A DNA stretch of 64,000 nt from Methylococcaceae bacterium UBA1147 (GTDB taxonomy: Bacteria > Pseudomonadota > Gammaproteobacteria > Methylococcales > UBA1147): the NCBI GenBank assembly GCA_002311315.1, contig DBZZ01000076.1, positions 45,401 through 109,400 on the forward strand, in the 5' to 3' direction. Position numbers and translations under genes: made by a program. Below are positions 20,400 to 30,562 of the stretch, piece by piece. Numbering within the stretch: the stretch's first letter is position 1; every line of letters begins with the position of its first letter. The notes beneath the pieces were generated by a model. The model was not told where the DNA came from. It worked only from the letters and a program-made list of their open reading frames with translations, and did no database searches.

Positions 20400-22364
20400 A
20401 TGCTAAAAGATACAGCCCAGGCTAACCTGAGGAAAGAACCCGCCGAGAAGGGTACAGCCCTGCCCGAAGGTAACTGGAAAGCCAGCCTGGAGCCAGCGAT
20501 TAAAAAAGCGGAAAGCTCACTACGAAAAGCCCAGCAAACTGATGGCCATTGGGTATTTGAGCTCGAAGCCGACTGCACGATTCCATCGGAATACATCACC
20601 ATGATGCATTATCTTGGCGAAGTCGATGAACTTCTGCAGGCCAAGATTACAAACTACCTGAGGGCACGACAAAACAAGGATGGCAGCTACTCCCTTTTTA
20701 CCGGGGGCCCGGGAGATATCAGTTGCACCACTAAGGTTTACTTCGCTCTGAAGCTGGCTGGAGATTCCTCCCGGCGGCCACACATGAGAAAGGCCCGCGA
20801 ATATGTTCTGAGCCAAGGGGGGGCCGCGAAATGCAATGTTTCCACCCGGATTCTGCTGGCAATATTCGAACAGGTCCCGTGGAAAGCTGTGCCCTATATC
20901 CCAGTCGAAATCATGCTGTTGCCGAAGTGGTTTCCGTTCCACCTGGACAAGGTTTCATACTGGTCGAGAGCAGTGATGGTACCTCTGTTCGTCTTGTGTA
21001 CCCTCAAAGCAAAAGCCGTCAACCCGTCCTCAACCAACATTCGAGAGCTATTCGTAACAGCGCCGGAAATCGAAGAACATTATTTTCCAAAGCGCGGCCT
21101 ATTGAACAAGGTTTTCCTGGGGCTTGACTTCCTGGGTCGTTCCCTGGAGCCCTTCATCCCCAAACGCATGCGGAAGAAAGCGCTGCGCGCAGCGCAGCAA
21201 TGGATCAGAACGCGACTCAACGGCGAGGATGGTCTTGGGGGTATCTTTCCGGCCATGGTTCTCGCGTACGAAGCATTGTTGCTGCTTGGAATGCCGAAAG
21301 ACCATCCGGATGTCGTAATCGGAAAAAAGGCGCTGAAAAAACTCCTCGTGGTCAACGACCATGATGCCTATTTCCAGCCTTGCCTGTCGCCTATATGGGA
21401 TACCGGACTGGCAATCCTGGCCTTGCAGGAAACAGACTCAAAAGAAAATTCGGAAGAAATCGACCGCGGACTCGACTGGATTACTGAAAGACAGCTAGAT
21501 GACGAACCTGGCGACTGGCGCATCGCTTGCCCTGAATATCAAGGTGGGGGCGGATGGGCATTTGAATACGAAAACCCTTACTATCCGGATGTCGATGATA
21601 CAGCGCTTGTCGCCTACGCTCTGACCCAGGCCAGTGAAACGCGATTCCACGAATCCGCCCGCAAAGCAGCCCGGTGGGTCCACGTCATGCAGTCCAGAAA
21701 TGGTGGTTTCGGGGCATTTGACATCGATAATACCCATTATTATCTGAACGAGATCCCGTTCGCCGACCACGGCGCCCTACTCGACCCACCGACTGCAGAT
21801 GTCAGTGCCCGTTGCGCAATGTTCATGGCCAGGATGGTCGACGAACACCCTGAATACCGCAACACTCTCGATCAGGCAATCACCTACCTGCGGAATGAAC
21901 AAGAAACCGATGGATCATGGTTTGGACGTTGGGGAACCAACTACATTTACGGAACCTGGTCGGTGCTTGTCGCTCTGGAACAGATCGGGATATCCAGTGA
22001 CGACCCGATGTTCAAGGATGCCGTCTGCTGGCTGAAAAGCAAGCAGAACAGCGACGGCGGATGGGGAGAAGACAATCTGAGCTACCATGACACCGACTAC
22101 AGCGGCAAGTATTCGTTCAGCACATCATTCCAGACCGCATGGGCCCTGTTGGGCCTGATGGCAGCAAGAGAAACCGACTCGGCCGAAGTCAGAGCAGGAA
22201 TCAATTACCTACTCAAAACCCAGGAGTCCGACGGATTCTGGAACGATCCCTGCTTTACAGCCCCGGGTTTCCCTCGGGTGTTCTATCTGAAATACCACGG
22301 GTACAGCAAATACTTCCCGCTTTGGGCACTGGCCAGGTTCCGAAACACAGAATGCCGAAAATAA
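20400..22364 (+). CDS. shc: Squalene-hopene cyclase
   Basis: 654 aa. Catalytic PDVDDTA (YYPDVDDTALV) and repeated QW-type motifs (QNKDGSY, QSRNGGFG, EQETDGSWFGRWG, KQNSDGGWGE, TQESDGFW). Confidence 0.95.
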   Translation: MLKDTAQANLRKEPAEKGTALPEGNWKASLEPAIKKAESSLRKAQQTDGHWVFELEADCTIPSEYITMMHYLGEVDELLQAKITNYLRARQNKDGSYSLFTGGPGDISCTTKVYFALKLAGDSSRRPHMRKAREYVLSQGGAAKCNVSTRILLAIFEQVPWKAVPYIPVEIMLLPKWFPFHLDKVSYWSRAVMVPLFVLCTLKAKAVNPSSTNIRELFVTAPEIEEHYFPKRGLLNKVFLGLDFLGRSLEPFIPKRMRKKALRAAQQWIRTRLNGEDGLGGIFPAMVLAYEALLLLGMPKDHPDVVIGKKALKKLLVVNDHDAYFQPCLSPIWDTGLAILALQETDSKENSEEIDRGLDWITERQLDDEPGDWRIACPEYQGGGGWAFEYENPYYPDVDDTALVAYALTQASETRFHESARKAARWVHVMQSRNGGFGAFDIDNTHYYLNEIPFADHGALLDPPTADVSARCAMFMARMVDEHPEYRNTLDQAITYLRNEQETDGSWFGRWGTNYIYGTWSVLVALEQIGISSDDPMFKDAVCWLKSKQNSDGGWGEDNLSYHDTDYSGKYSFSTSFQTAWALLGLMAARETDSAEVRAGINYLLKTQESDGFWNDPCFTAPGFPRVFYLKYHGYSKYFPLWALARFRNTECRK

Positions 22365-23086
22365 TAACCAAGGTTGGCCTGCTCGTCGCATTACCCGACG
22401 AGCGAAAGACCCTCACAAACGCCCGGATCAAATCCGGGCGTTTTTCGCATCTGAACGAGAACACCATGATCTGTCTCTCGGGCGTAGGACCTGAAAATGC
22501 TTCCGCAGCTGCCATCAGTCTCATCGAGCAAGGGTGCGATGCCCTTGTCAGCTGGGGTTGCGCTGCAGCACTCAGGCCGGAGCTCAGGCCCGGTGATTTG
22601 TTAGTCCCAGAGCAACTCCTTTCCGCTTCAGGTGATTCAATGAACACCGACACGGTCTGGCGAACCAGGATTCTGGAAAGACTGGAAAATGGCCCAGAAA
22701 TCTATCCAGGTAGCATCACCGAGAGTTTATCCCTGGTTACTTCGACCTACGAGAAAAAGCGGTTGGCGGCTCGAACAACGGCTGCTGCGCTGGACATGGA
22801 GAGCGCAGCAATTGTCAGAACGGCTATCCGGCACAAAGTTCCGGCGATTGTAATCCGTGCAATTGCCGATACGGCTGACATGGATTTGCCCAAACCAGTC
22901 TCACTTTCACTGGACAACAAGGGAAATGTCCGCTTGCCCCTACTCATCGCGGGGCTAATCTGGAAACCCTCCTCAATCCCCGGCATCGCCCGTCTGGCCA
23001 GAGCATTCCGTTGTGCAACCAGAACGCTGGAGTATACGGCCCGGGAACTGCACTACGATTTTTCACCCGCCCCTCGCCCCGAATAA
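22352..23086 (+). CDS. hpnG: Hopanoid-associated phosphorylase/nucleosidase family protein (HpnG-like)
   Basis: PNP/UDP-phosphorylase-like fold pattern (VGLLVALPDE, SGVGPENA, SWGCAAAL, AALDMESAAI, IRAIADTAD). The ATG at 22352 lies inside the last 13 nt of shc. The longer 22139 ORF is just the out-of-frame overlap with shc. Confidence 0.78.
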   Translation: MPKIITKVGLLVALPDERKTLTNARIKSGRFSHLNENTMICLSGVGPENASAAAISLIEQGCDALVSWGCAAALRPELRPGDLLVPEQLLSASGDSMNTDTVWRTRILERLENGPEIYPGSITESLSLVTSTYEKKRLAARTTAAALDMESAAIVRTAIRHKVPAIVIRAIADTADMDLPKPVSLSLDNKGNVRLPLLIAGLIWKPSSIPGIARLARAFRCATRTLEYTARELHYDFSPAPRPE

Positions 23087-23095
23087 ACGACACGG

Positions 23096-25756
23096 ATGCC
23101 ACTCGCAAGCAAGGTTCATTCACTGCTCGAACGCTGTCTTGTGGCCTGGGTCTCGGCCATGATTCGGCACCGTTGGTTGTGCCTTGCCCTGATTTTCCTT
23201 CTCACCTGCGGCAGCGGTTACTACACGATCGGGAACCTAGGAGTGAACACCGATACGAAAGAAATGCTTTCCGCCGATCTGCAGTTCCGTAAGGAATACG
23301 CCCGGCTCAACCGGTCGTTCCCCGAAGATGCACGAGCGATCCTGGTGGTAATCAAGGGGAGCAATCCAGAACAGACAGATATGGCTGTAAAGAGCCTCAG
23401 TCAGCAATTCAGAGAACAAACCGATACCGTAGAATCAGTATACACGCCCAATCGAGGACCATTCTTTGACCGACAAGCCCTACTGTTCCTGAACGTAGAT
23501 GAACTTGACCAACTGGCCCTAGAAATTACGCGCGCGCAGCCTTTTCTTGGCCGTCTCAGCCAGAACAACTCGCTGGATCAACTGCTGAACCTTCTAAATC
23601 GTGCGATCCCGAAACAGAATGACAGTCATTCTCTAGCACAGACCGACAGTCTTCTGTTGGATCTGGCACAAAGCATACAGGCTGCACTGCAAGGAGGATA
23701 TCAATCCATTTCCTGGCAAAAGCTGATGCTTGGAGACAATTCGACGCTGAACCAGAACACAGGTTTCATCCTGGTCGCTCCCCGTTTCGATTACAGTGAC
23801 CTGGTCCCGGCCGAAAAGTCCATCCAGTCCATTCGCGCCATCTCACACGAATTCGAAGCAAACAACCGCGGCACCTCCGTACGACTGACCGGTGAAGTAG
23901 CTCTGGAGCATGATGAACTCGAGAGTATCAGCAAGGGCACCGCCGTGGCCGGGGCGGTTTCTTTGGTTCTGGTCTGCCTCAGCCTTGTCTGCGGACTGAG
24001 GTCAGTCCGGCTGGCAACGGCAACACTGATCGCTCTTGTCTCAGGGCTTATACTCTCGGCCGCGTTTGCGACTTTCGCCGTTGGCAATTTGAATCTGATT
24101 TCGATTGCATTCGCGGTTCTGTATATCGGGCTCGGGGTCGATTACGCCATCCATCTGTGCCTCAGAATCCAGGAAATGATTCGCGCCGGGGTATCCCGCG
24201 ACAGCGCGGTCATCAACAGTGTGCGCTGTCTCGGTCCGTCCCTCATTCTTTGCTGCCTGACCACATCGATGGGTTTCTACTCTTTCGTACCAACCGCCTA
24301 CCAGGGTGTATCCGAACTGGGAATCATATCCGGTACAGCGATGTTCATCGGACTTTTCATCACCCTGTCACTGTTACCCGCCCTCCTGGTTTGCCTGCCC
24401 GGGAAGGCAGGCGCATCGCCCCCTGAATCCAGCCCCATCCCGCGTAATTGGCACAGTTTCCCGGTTCGCCATCGGCGGTCGATAAAAATCAGTACGGCGC
24501 TGGTCGCCCTGTACAGCATCTGGAGCCTTTCGGATATTACTTTCGATTTTGATCCCGTTTCATTGCGCGACCAGGGTTCCGAATCGGTCACCACATTCAG
24601 GGAATTGCTGAAAAACAAAGAAACTTCTCCTCTGGTCATCTCGGTCATCGCCAACAACGAGAAACAGGCCCGGGAAAAAATCGGTCAGCTCCAACAACTC
24701 GACTCGGTAGACAGCGTGTTAAGTATTTTGGACTTCATGCCGGAAAACCAGGAAGAAAAACTTGAGATCATCGAGGCGCTTGACGATAGTCTTGGGCCAC
24801 TGATGGGCAATTTCCCTCCGCTAGGGACCGTCGATGTGCATCGACAGACCGAAGAACTCGGAACCCTGTTGGCGATCCTCGACAGCAACGGCAATGCCCA
24901 TGCGGAGCATGCTCACTCGGAAACCGTAGGCCGGCTGATGCTGCGTCATCAGTTGCGAAACCTGCTCGTGATCCTTGAACAGTCGACCAAGCAGGAAAAG
25001 CAAGAGCTTTTGGCAACCATTCAGAAAGCAGCCCTGGAAAACCTGGCCGGGGCCATCGCTAAGCTCACGACCGCGTTAAACGCTTCGGCCTTTGACGATC
25101 TAAATGCTCTTCCCGAACCTTTCCTGCGCAGATGGCTAAGCCAGGACGGGCTTTTCCGGTTGCAGGTACAGCCCCGCAAGGACCTGAATGACCTTGACAA
25201 CCTGCGGGAATTCGTAGAACAGGTGCGGGAAGTAGCGCCCAATGCATCCGACCTTCCCGTAATCTACTTGGAATCCGGGAAAGAGATCGTCAGAGCGTTC
25301 CAGCAAGCAACGGCCTATGCGGTCATCGCAATCTCGCTGATCTCATTTATTGTTTTGGGAAATATCCGGGAAACCGGCCTGGTTCTGATGCCACTGTTCC
25401 TGACCGCCATTCTAACCGGCGCATCAACCGTGCTCTTCGACAACCCATTCAATTTCGCTAATATAATCGTCCTGCCGTTGCTGCTGGGCCTGGGGGTCGA
25501 CAGTTCGATCCACATCGTGCATCGTCTCCGACTGATGCAATACCAGCAGTCGGAGATCCTCAAGACCAGCACCGCCCGGGGCATCTTCTTCAGCGGCCTG
25601 ACCACCGTTTTCAGTTTCACCAGCCTGGCGTTCATTTCACATGCCGGGACTGCCAGCCTTGGTCTGTTGCTGACCATTGGTATCTTGCTGACACTAATCT
25701 GCACCCTTGTCGTTCTGCCGGCATTTGCAGTGAAACCCAAACCCAGTTTTTCTTGA
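23096..25756 (+). CDS. hpnN: RND/MMPL-family hopanoid transporter (HpnN-like)
   Basis: 886 aa with two blocks of about 6 TM helices, each preceded by a large soluble loop (RND architecture). It sits inside the hopanoid operon. Confidence 0.82.
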   Translation: MPLASKVHSLLERCLVAWVSAMIRHRWLCLALIFLLTCGSGYYTIGNLGVNTDTKEMLSADLQFRKEYARLNRSFPEDARAILVVIKGSNPEQTDMAVKSLSQQFREQTDTVESVYTPNRGPFFDRQALLFLNVDELDQLALEITRAQPFLGRLSQNNSLDQLLNLLNRAIPKQNDSHSLAQTDSLLLDLAQSIQAALQGGYQSISWQKLMLGDNSTLNQNTGFILVAPRFDYSDLVPAEKSIQSIRAISHEFEANNRGTSVRLTGEVALEHDELESISKGTAVAGAVSLVLVCLSLVCGLRSVRLATATLIALVSGLILSAAFATFAVGNLNLISIAFAVLYIGLGVDYAIHLCLRIQEMIRAGVSRDSAVINSVRCLGPSLILCCLTTSMGFYSFVPTAYQGVSELGIISGTAMFIGLFITLSLLPALLVCLPGKAGASPPESSPIPRNWHSFPVRHRRSIKISTALVALYSIWSLSDITFDFDPVSLRDQGSESVTTFRELLKNKETSPLVISVIANNEKQAREKIGQLQQLDSVDSVLSILDFMPENQEEKLEIIEALDDSLGPLMGNFPPLGTVDVHRQTEELGTLLAILDSNGNAHAEHAHSETVGRLMLRHQLRNLLVILEQSTKQEKQELLATIQKAALENLAGAIAKLTTALNASAFDDLNALPEPFLRRWLSQDGLFRLQVQPRKDLNDLDNLREFVEQVREVAPNASDLPVIYLESGKEIVRAFQQATAYAVIAISLISFIVLGNIRETGLVLMPLFLTAILTGASTVLFDNPFNFANIIVLPLLLGLGVDSSIHIVHRLRLMQYQQSEILKTSTARGIFFSGLTTVFSFTSLAFISHAGTASLGLLLTIGILLTLICTLVVLPAFAVKPKPSFS

Positions 25757-25779
25757 ATTCAACCCTTTCGAGGTCATTG

Positions 25780-27168
25780 ATGTCCGATTCTCTTACCGAT
25801 CTGATGGCAGCCCGAGAGGGCGAGAATTTTTCTCTGCACGACACCTACCTGAACTCCCAGATGGTCAAGGTTCTGAAGACTATCGGCTATGACCGGGTAT
25901 ATACGAAGGCCAAGGGACAATATCTCTACGACCGAGATGGCAATGAATACCTGGACCTACTCAGCGGCTTCGGCGTGTTTGCCGTTGGCCGTAATAATCC
26001 GACCGTGGTCAAAGCACTTCAGGATGTATTTCGTGAACAACTGCCGGACATGGTTCAGATGGATGTCTCCCTGCTGAGCGGCCTGCTTGCAGAAAAGATC
26101 ATCCAGAACTGCCCGTCTGGACTGGAACGAATGTTCTTCTGCAATTCGGGCTCAGAAGCCGCGGAAGCCGCCATCAAATTTTCCCGTTACACCACAGGCC
26201 GACCGAACATCCTGTATTGCGAGAACGGATTTCATGGCCTGACACTGGGCGCATTGTCGGTCATGGGCGAAGAGATCTTCCGCGAGGGTTTCGGCCCTCT
26301 GCTGCCCGGCTGCAATGCGGTACCATTTAATAATCTGGAGGCACTGGAGAATGCCCTGCGTTCCAAAGATGTGGCGGCATTCATCGTCGAGCCCATCCAG
26401 GGCAAGGGAGTCAATCTGCCGAATGACAATTATCTGCCGGAGGCTCAGCGTCTATGCGCGAAGTACGGAACCCTTTTTGTTGCGGATGAAATTCAGACCG
26501 GGATCGGGCGGACGGGCAAGTTCTGGGCGATCGATCACTGGAATGTCCAGCCGGACATGATTCTGATGGCCAAGGCCCTTTCCGGAGGATTCATCCCGGT
26601 TGGTGCCGTAGCCATGAAACAGTTCATCATGGACAAGGTCTTCAACCGAATGGACCGGGCGGTCATCCATGGCTCAACATTCTCCAAGAACAACATGGCC
26701 ATGGCTGCAGGCCTCGCGACCATTCAGGTCATCGAGGAAAACAATCTGCTCGACAACGCGGCGCACCTCGGTGAGGCGATTGTCAGGGAACTAAACAGCC
26801 TGATCGGCCAGTACGAATTCCTCAAGGAAGTGCGAGGCAAAGGCCTGATGATCGCAATCGAATTCGGTGCACCAAAAAGTTTTTCCCTGAAAACCGCGTG
26901 GAACCTGCTGGAAACCGCCAACAAGGGGCTGTTTTGCCAGATGGTGACCATCCCCCTGTTTGCCCACCACGGGATACTGACCCAGGTAGCCGGTCACGGC
27001 ATGAATGTTGTGAAAATACTGGCTCCGCTTGTCATCACCGAAAAGGACAAGGACCTAATCGTCCGGTCCTTCGATAGCGTGATCGCCGATTGTCACAAGG
27101 TTCCGGGTTCGATATGGGATCTTGGCAAGACGCTCGCAGGACATGCTCTGAAGTCCGGTAAATCATAA
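25780..27168 (+). CDS. hpnO: Class-III pyridoxal-phosphate aminotransferase (HpnO-like, aminobacteriohopanetriol branch)
   Basis: NSGSEAAEAAIKFSR, FHGLTLGALS and DEIQTGIGRTGKFWA with the downstream Lys (LMAKALSGG). The ATG at 25780 is preceded by GAGG. The ORF track starts at TTG 25753, overlapping the hpnN stop. Confidence 0.75.
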   Translation: MSDSLTDLMAAREGENFSLHDTYLNSQMVKVLKTIGYDRVYTKAKGQYLYDRDGNEYLDLLSGFGVFAVGRNNPTVVKALQDVFREQLPDMVQMDVSLLSGLLAEKIIQNCPSGLERMFFCNSGSEAAEAAIKFSRYTTGRPNILYCENGFHGLTLGALSVMGEEIFREGFGPLLPGCNAVPFNNLEALENALRSKDVAAFIVEPIQGKGVNLPNDNYLPEAQRLCAKYGTLFVADEIQTGIGRTGKFWAIDHWNVQPDMILMAKALSGGFIPVGAVAMKQFIMDKVFNRMDRAVIHGSTFSKNNMAMAAGLATIQVIEENNLLDNAAHLGEAIVRELNSLIGQYEFLKEVRGKGLMIAIEFGAPKSFSLKTAWNLLETANKGLFCQMVTIPLFAHHGILTQVAGHGMNVVKILAPLVITEKDKDLIVRSFDSVIADCHKVPGSIWDLGKTLAGHALKSGKS

Positions 27169-27200
27169 CGGAGTTCATTCCCGAGCCAGTCCGAAACAGG

Positions 27201-27827
27201 TCAATCGTCTCCGTCAGCGTACTCCTGCGTTTTCATCTCGAGGTATTGCAAAAGCGCAGCAAAGCCCTCGTTGACAATGATCGTTTTGAACTCGGCACGC
27301 TTCAGGGCCAGATCACTGACCCCACCGACAATGATGTTAATGATCCTTGGTTTTTCTTCCCCGGGTTGCAACAGGTAGACAAAGTTCACTGATTCCTCGC
27401 CGGGTATTTCCAATACTGAATTCACCTGAATCCGCCCCCGCTTTACCGGGTGCGAGCCGGTCACCCAGAAACCTTCCCCCGCATAGCCGTCAAATCGACT
27501 GGAGTAGGCAGCAATACAGTATTCGCTAAAGGTGTCGACAAACTTCTTCCGGTCATTGTCGTCAATCGCTTTCCAATTCTTCTTCCCAACTGAAAACCGC
27601 GCGATATATTCTAGATCATGGGTGGATTCGACAACCCCGGCCAGTTTCGCATAGCGGCCCTGATAACCCAGTCTCTCTGCATCCTTCATGACCGAAAGCA
27701 ATGCCGTATTAAGCTCCCTAACCACCAATTGTGCCTGACTGTCTGGATTGGCAAAAGCGGACCCATGCGTACAAAGTGTAAAAAGAAAGCAGAAGCAGAA
27801 AATCTTGGATCTGAACATGGCGAACAA
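27201..27827 (-). CDS. hpnM: Periplasmic MlaC/Ttg2D-family lipid-binding protein (HpnM-like)
   Basis: Signal peptide MFAMFRSKIFCFCFLFTLCTHGSAFA. The Ttg2D-like body includes YIARFSVGKKNWKAIDDNDRKKFVDTFSEY. It is convergent with the end of the hopanoid operon. Confidence 0.68.
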   Translation of the reverse strand: MFAMFRSKIFCFCFLFTLCTHGSAFANPDSQAQLVVRELNTALLSVMKDAERLGYQGRYAKLAGVVESTHDLEYIARFSVGKKNWKAIDDNDRKKFVDTFSEYCIAAYSSRFDGYAGEGFWVTGSHPVKRGRIQVNSVLEIPGEESVNFVYLLQPGEEKPRIINIIVGGVSDLALKRAEFKTIIVNEGFAALLQYLEMKTQEYADGDD

Positions 27828-27958
27828 GACCGTGAGAAAAAGGCTTCGGCACTATACCATAGGCAGAAACTTCGAAACCGCCAGAGAACAACCAGCCGAC
27901 GCGCAATTCGTCTAACCTTGATATAGTAGTCGTTCAGAATTCAGCAAAAGTAACTGAC

Positions 27959-28300
27959 ATGCGTTTCATTCTTCCCTTGCTTGCTTACGCTTCCATTGCC
28001 GCCGCGGTGGATGACCCACCTTCGGCAGGCGGACTACCAGAACCTCCCGACCTTCCTCTTCCGGTTGAAAGCGGGGAACCCCTTGATCCAGGTGAACCTG
28101 AGATTACTATTCGGCGACGCAGCGGAAAAACGATTCAAGAATATCGGGTTAACGGTGTCATTTACATGGTAAAGATCGTACCGGACGCAGGCCCTCCATA
28201 CTACCTGGTCGATGCCGATGGCGATGGAAACATGGAAATACGGCACAGCAACCTGGCCCGAAACATTAAGATTCCGGAATGGGTTCTGCTTCGCTGGTAG
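27959..28300 (+). CDS. Secreted DUF2782-like protein
   Basis: Signal peptide MRFILPLLAYASIAAA. The pattern EITIRRRSGKTIQEYRVNGVIYMVKIVPDAGPPYYLVDADGDG matches my memory of DUF2782. Confidence 0.6.
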   Translation: MRFILPLLAYASIAAAVDDPPSAGGLPEPPDLPLPVESGEPLDPGEPEITIRRRSGKTIQEYRVNGVIYMVKIVPDAGPPYYLVDADGDGNMEIRHSNLARNIKIPEWVLLRW

Positions 28301-28452
28301 CCACGTCAGGGATCGACCGGCAGGTCAAGAGGAAATACCGGTTCCTTGGGCACGACAAATACGCTGAAGCCCCTATCCAAACGCACAATCAATACCAGTC
28401 AGTCCCTATCCTCATGCGTTTTTCACCAACGGAACCTTGAACAAACAGACCC

Positions 28453-28932
28453 GTGACTGGGATACAGCGAAAAATCAAGAACTTTTCAATGTCACTGGGA
28501 ATCTGTCTGGTGTTCGTAACATCGAACGGGATTTCCCAACCGCTGATCAGCAACGACAGGACGCACATGAACAAGACAAGGCTCGACGCATGTCCAGAAA
28601 GTCCGAATTGTGTATGCAGCCAAGTGGTCACCAAAGACCATTTCGTAGCCCCGTTGTCCTTCACCGGCAATGCTCAAAAAGCCTTTTCCGGCCTGAAAAC
28701 AGCCATTGCCGAATTGCCCGGAACACGAATCATCGAATCCAATGACACCTACCTGCATGCCGAGTTTCAAACCCGCTGGCTGAAATTTACCGACGATGTC
28801 GAAGCTGTTCTTGACAAAGCCGGGAAGAAGATCGATATCCGTTCGGCATCGCGGGTAGGATACTGGGACCTGGGAACCAATCGGCGTCGGGTCGAAACCA
28901 TCCGTCGTGCAATGCTTTCGACTCCGAAATAA
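28453..28932 (+). CDS. DUF1499-like protein
   Basis: CPESPNCVCS followed by FTDDVEAVLD...IDIRSASRVGYWDLGTNRRRVETIR, as in DUF1499 proteins. The start is uncertain (28453, 28489 or later). Confidence 0.6.
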   Translation: MTGIQRKIKNFSMSLGICLVFVTSNGISQPLISNDRTHMNKTRLDACPESPNCVCSQVVTKDHFVAPLSFTGNAQKAFSGLKTAIAELPGTRIIESNDTYLHAEFQTRWLKFTDDVEAVLDKAGKKIDIRSASRVGYWDLGTNRRRVETIRRAMLSTPK

Positions 28933-29151
28933 AAACTTATTCGGCTGTTGCGGCACTAGCGGACACGCACCCGATAAGTTTTCTGCACCCTGCAGAAAAA
29001 AGGGTCACCAAAATGCTGCCGTCCACTGCAACACCAGCGGAGCCCAGCTAGAACAGGCGGGTTAAGCGCCACTGTATCCGGCACGCTGTAGCCCCGACAA
29101 CACCTCAGGGAAACGTGAAACCGAATCGACGCGAAATCCCGGGATTCCAGA

Positions 29152-30033
29152 CTATCCAAGTTCTGCTAGCAAGCTCTTGATCATTGTCCCTGCCTGTTGC
29201 TGATAACCACCACCGAACAGGTTGAAATGGTTCAAAACGTGGTACAGGTTGTAAAGGACCTTCCTGACACGGTAACCCGGATCGAGCGGCCAGACTTGAG
29301 CATATGCCCGGTAAAATTCCGTTCCGAATCCCCCAAACAGTTCGGTCATGGCCACATCAGTTTCCCGGTCACCGTAATAACATGCGGGATCGAAAATAAC
29401 CGGGCTGCCGGTATCGTCTGCAGCCGCGTTTCCAGCCCACAAGTCGCCATGTAGCAATGAAGCTACCGGGGTATAACCTTGAAAAAAATCCGCAAGACCT
29501 TCTGACAAGCGGCGTCCGTTCTCGATCAACCTGCCGCTGCATCCATTTTTCTGTGCCAGATCGAGTTGAAACGAGAACCGTTGTTGCGTCCAAAAACCGA
29601 TCCAGTCCTGGGTTGCAGTATTCCTCTGCAGGGTGGAGCCGATCGTATTGTCGATTCTCCAGCCGAACGCAGTACCCGAGCTTTTGTGCATTAGTGCAAG
29701 CTGTTCCCCGAGCTTCGCATTGGACTTTGGAGTAGAGGATTGAAGATTCAGTAACTCCAACACCAAAAACGCCTGTCCCCCACCAATGCCCGACGCAACC
29801 GGCCCAGGTACGCTGACCGCAGCGGTTGCCGCAATTTCCCGAAGTCCTTGGACTTCTGCCTCGAACATGTGCAGAAGGCTAGCATCGTTCAGCTTAACGA
29901 AAAAAGCTCCCGTTGACCCCTCGATGCGCATCGCCGAACTGATCGACCCGCCGCTACAGTTGACGTGCCGGCCAATCCTGAAACCCGACCCAATTTCCGC
30001 CTCTACCGCTCGCCAGACTTCATTCTGGTTCAT
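29152..30033 (-). CDS. Fructosamine/ketosamine kinase family protein
   Basis: 293 aa with SGGSISSAMRIEGSTGAFFVKLN, the catalytic LLHGDLWAGNAA and VIFDPACYYGDRETDVAMTELFGGF. Confidence 0.85.
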   Translation of the reverse strand: MNQNEVWRAVEAEIGSGFRIGRHVNCSGGSISSAMRIEGSTGAFFVKLNDASLLHMFEAEVQGLREIAATAAVSVPGPVASGIGGGQAFLVLELLNLQSSTPKSNAKLGEQLALMHKSSGTAFGWRIDNTIGSTLQRNTATQDWIGFWTQQRFSFQLDLAQKNGCSGRLIENGRRLSEGLADFFQGYTPVASLLHGDLWAGNAAADDTGSPVIFDPACYYGDRETDVAMTELFGGFGTEFYRAYAQVWPLDPGYRVRKVLYNLYHVLNHFNLFGGGYQQQAGTMIKSLLAELG

Positions 30034-30375
30034 CTTTCTCCTTTCCCTACGTTATGACTGATCTCAGAAATATCGCGAACGCTACGCTCCATTGTCCCAC
30101 CTATGTCCGACCTACAAGCAACCTTCGGTCGGGAAACCAAAAGCCAGGAAACAGCCGGCACCTCGTCTTCGATGGTTTATTTCACGGTCTAAACCAAATT
30201 CAATTAGAATGTCTCGCTAATCGAGAAGCAGGCAACAAGGGTGTTAGGTAACCCGCAAAAAACCCGGGAGCATCCTGCAAAGCCTCCAGCAATGGGTCAC
30301 TAAAGCATACTGACGTCTGTGCAGAACCTGCCAATCAGGGTTAACTCTTTCCATTCCAAAGAGCGAAAATTCGTC

Positions 30376-30558
30376 ATGACCTACAAGAAAAACTGGCTAA
30401 CCGCCAGCGTACTCGCCATCGGGCTGCTTTGTGCAAGCTGCGGCCAAAAAGGCCCGTTGTGCCCAGTCGACCCACAGACAGGCAAATCAATGAGTTCAGA
30501 CTGCCCATGGAGAGACGCACCGCTACCGAACGAGACAGCGCAGCAAGCATCCAGCTAA
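30376..30558 (+). CDS. lptM: Small lipoprotein, LptM/YifL-like
   Basis: A lipobox-like signal peptide ends ...LAIGLLCASCGQKGPL. The position immediately upstream of lysA-dapF matches the E. coli yifL-dapF and Pseudomonas lppL-lysA-dapF arrangements. Confidence 0.6.
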   Translation: MTYKKNWLTASVLAIGLLCASCGQKGPLCPVDPQTGKSMSSDCPWRDAPLPNETAQQASS

Positions 30559-30562
30559 ATCC

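Noticed and set aside
28934-29010. Two inverted repeats after the DUF1499-like gene could form a bidirectional terminator: AACTTATTCGG...CCGATAAGTT and TTTCTGCA-CCC-TGCAGAAA.
   Set aside because: Neither hairpin is followed by a U tract on either strand beyond bases already in the stem. The first has a 25-nt loop. This is not convincing as an intrinsic terminator.
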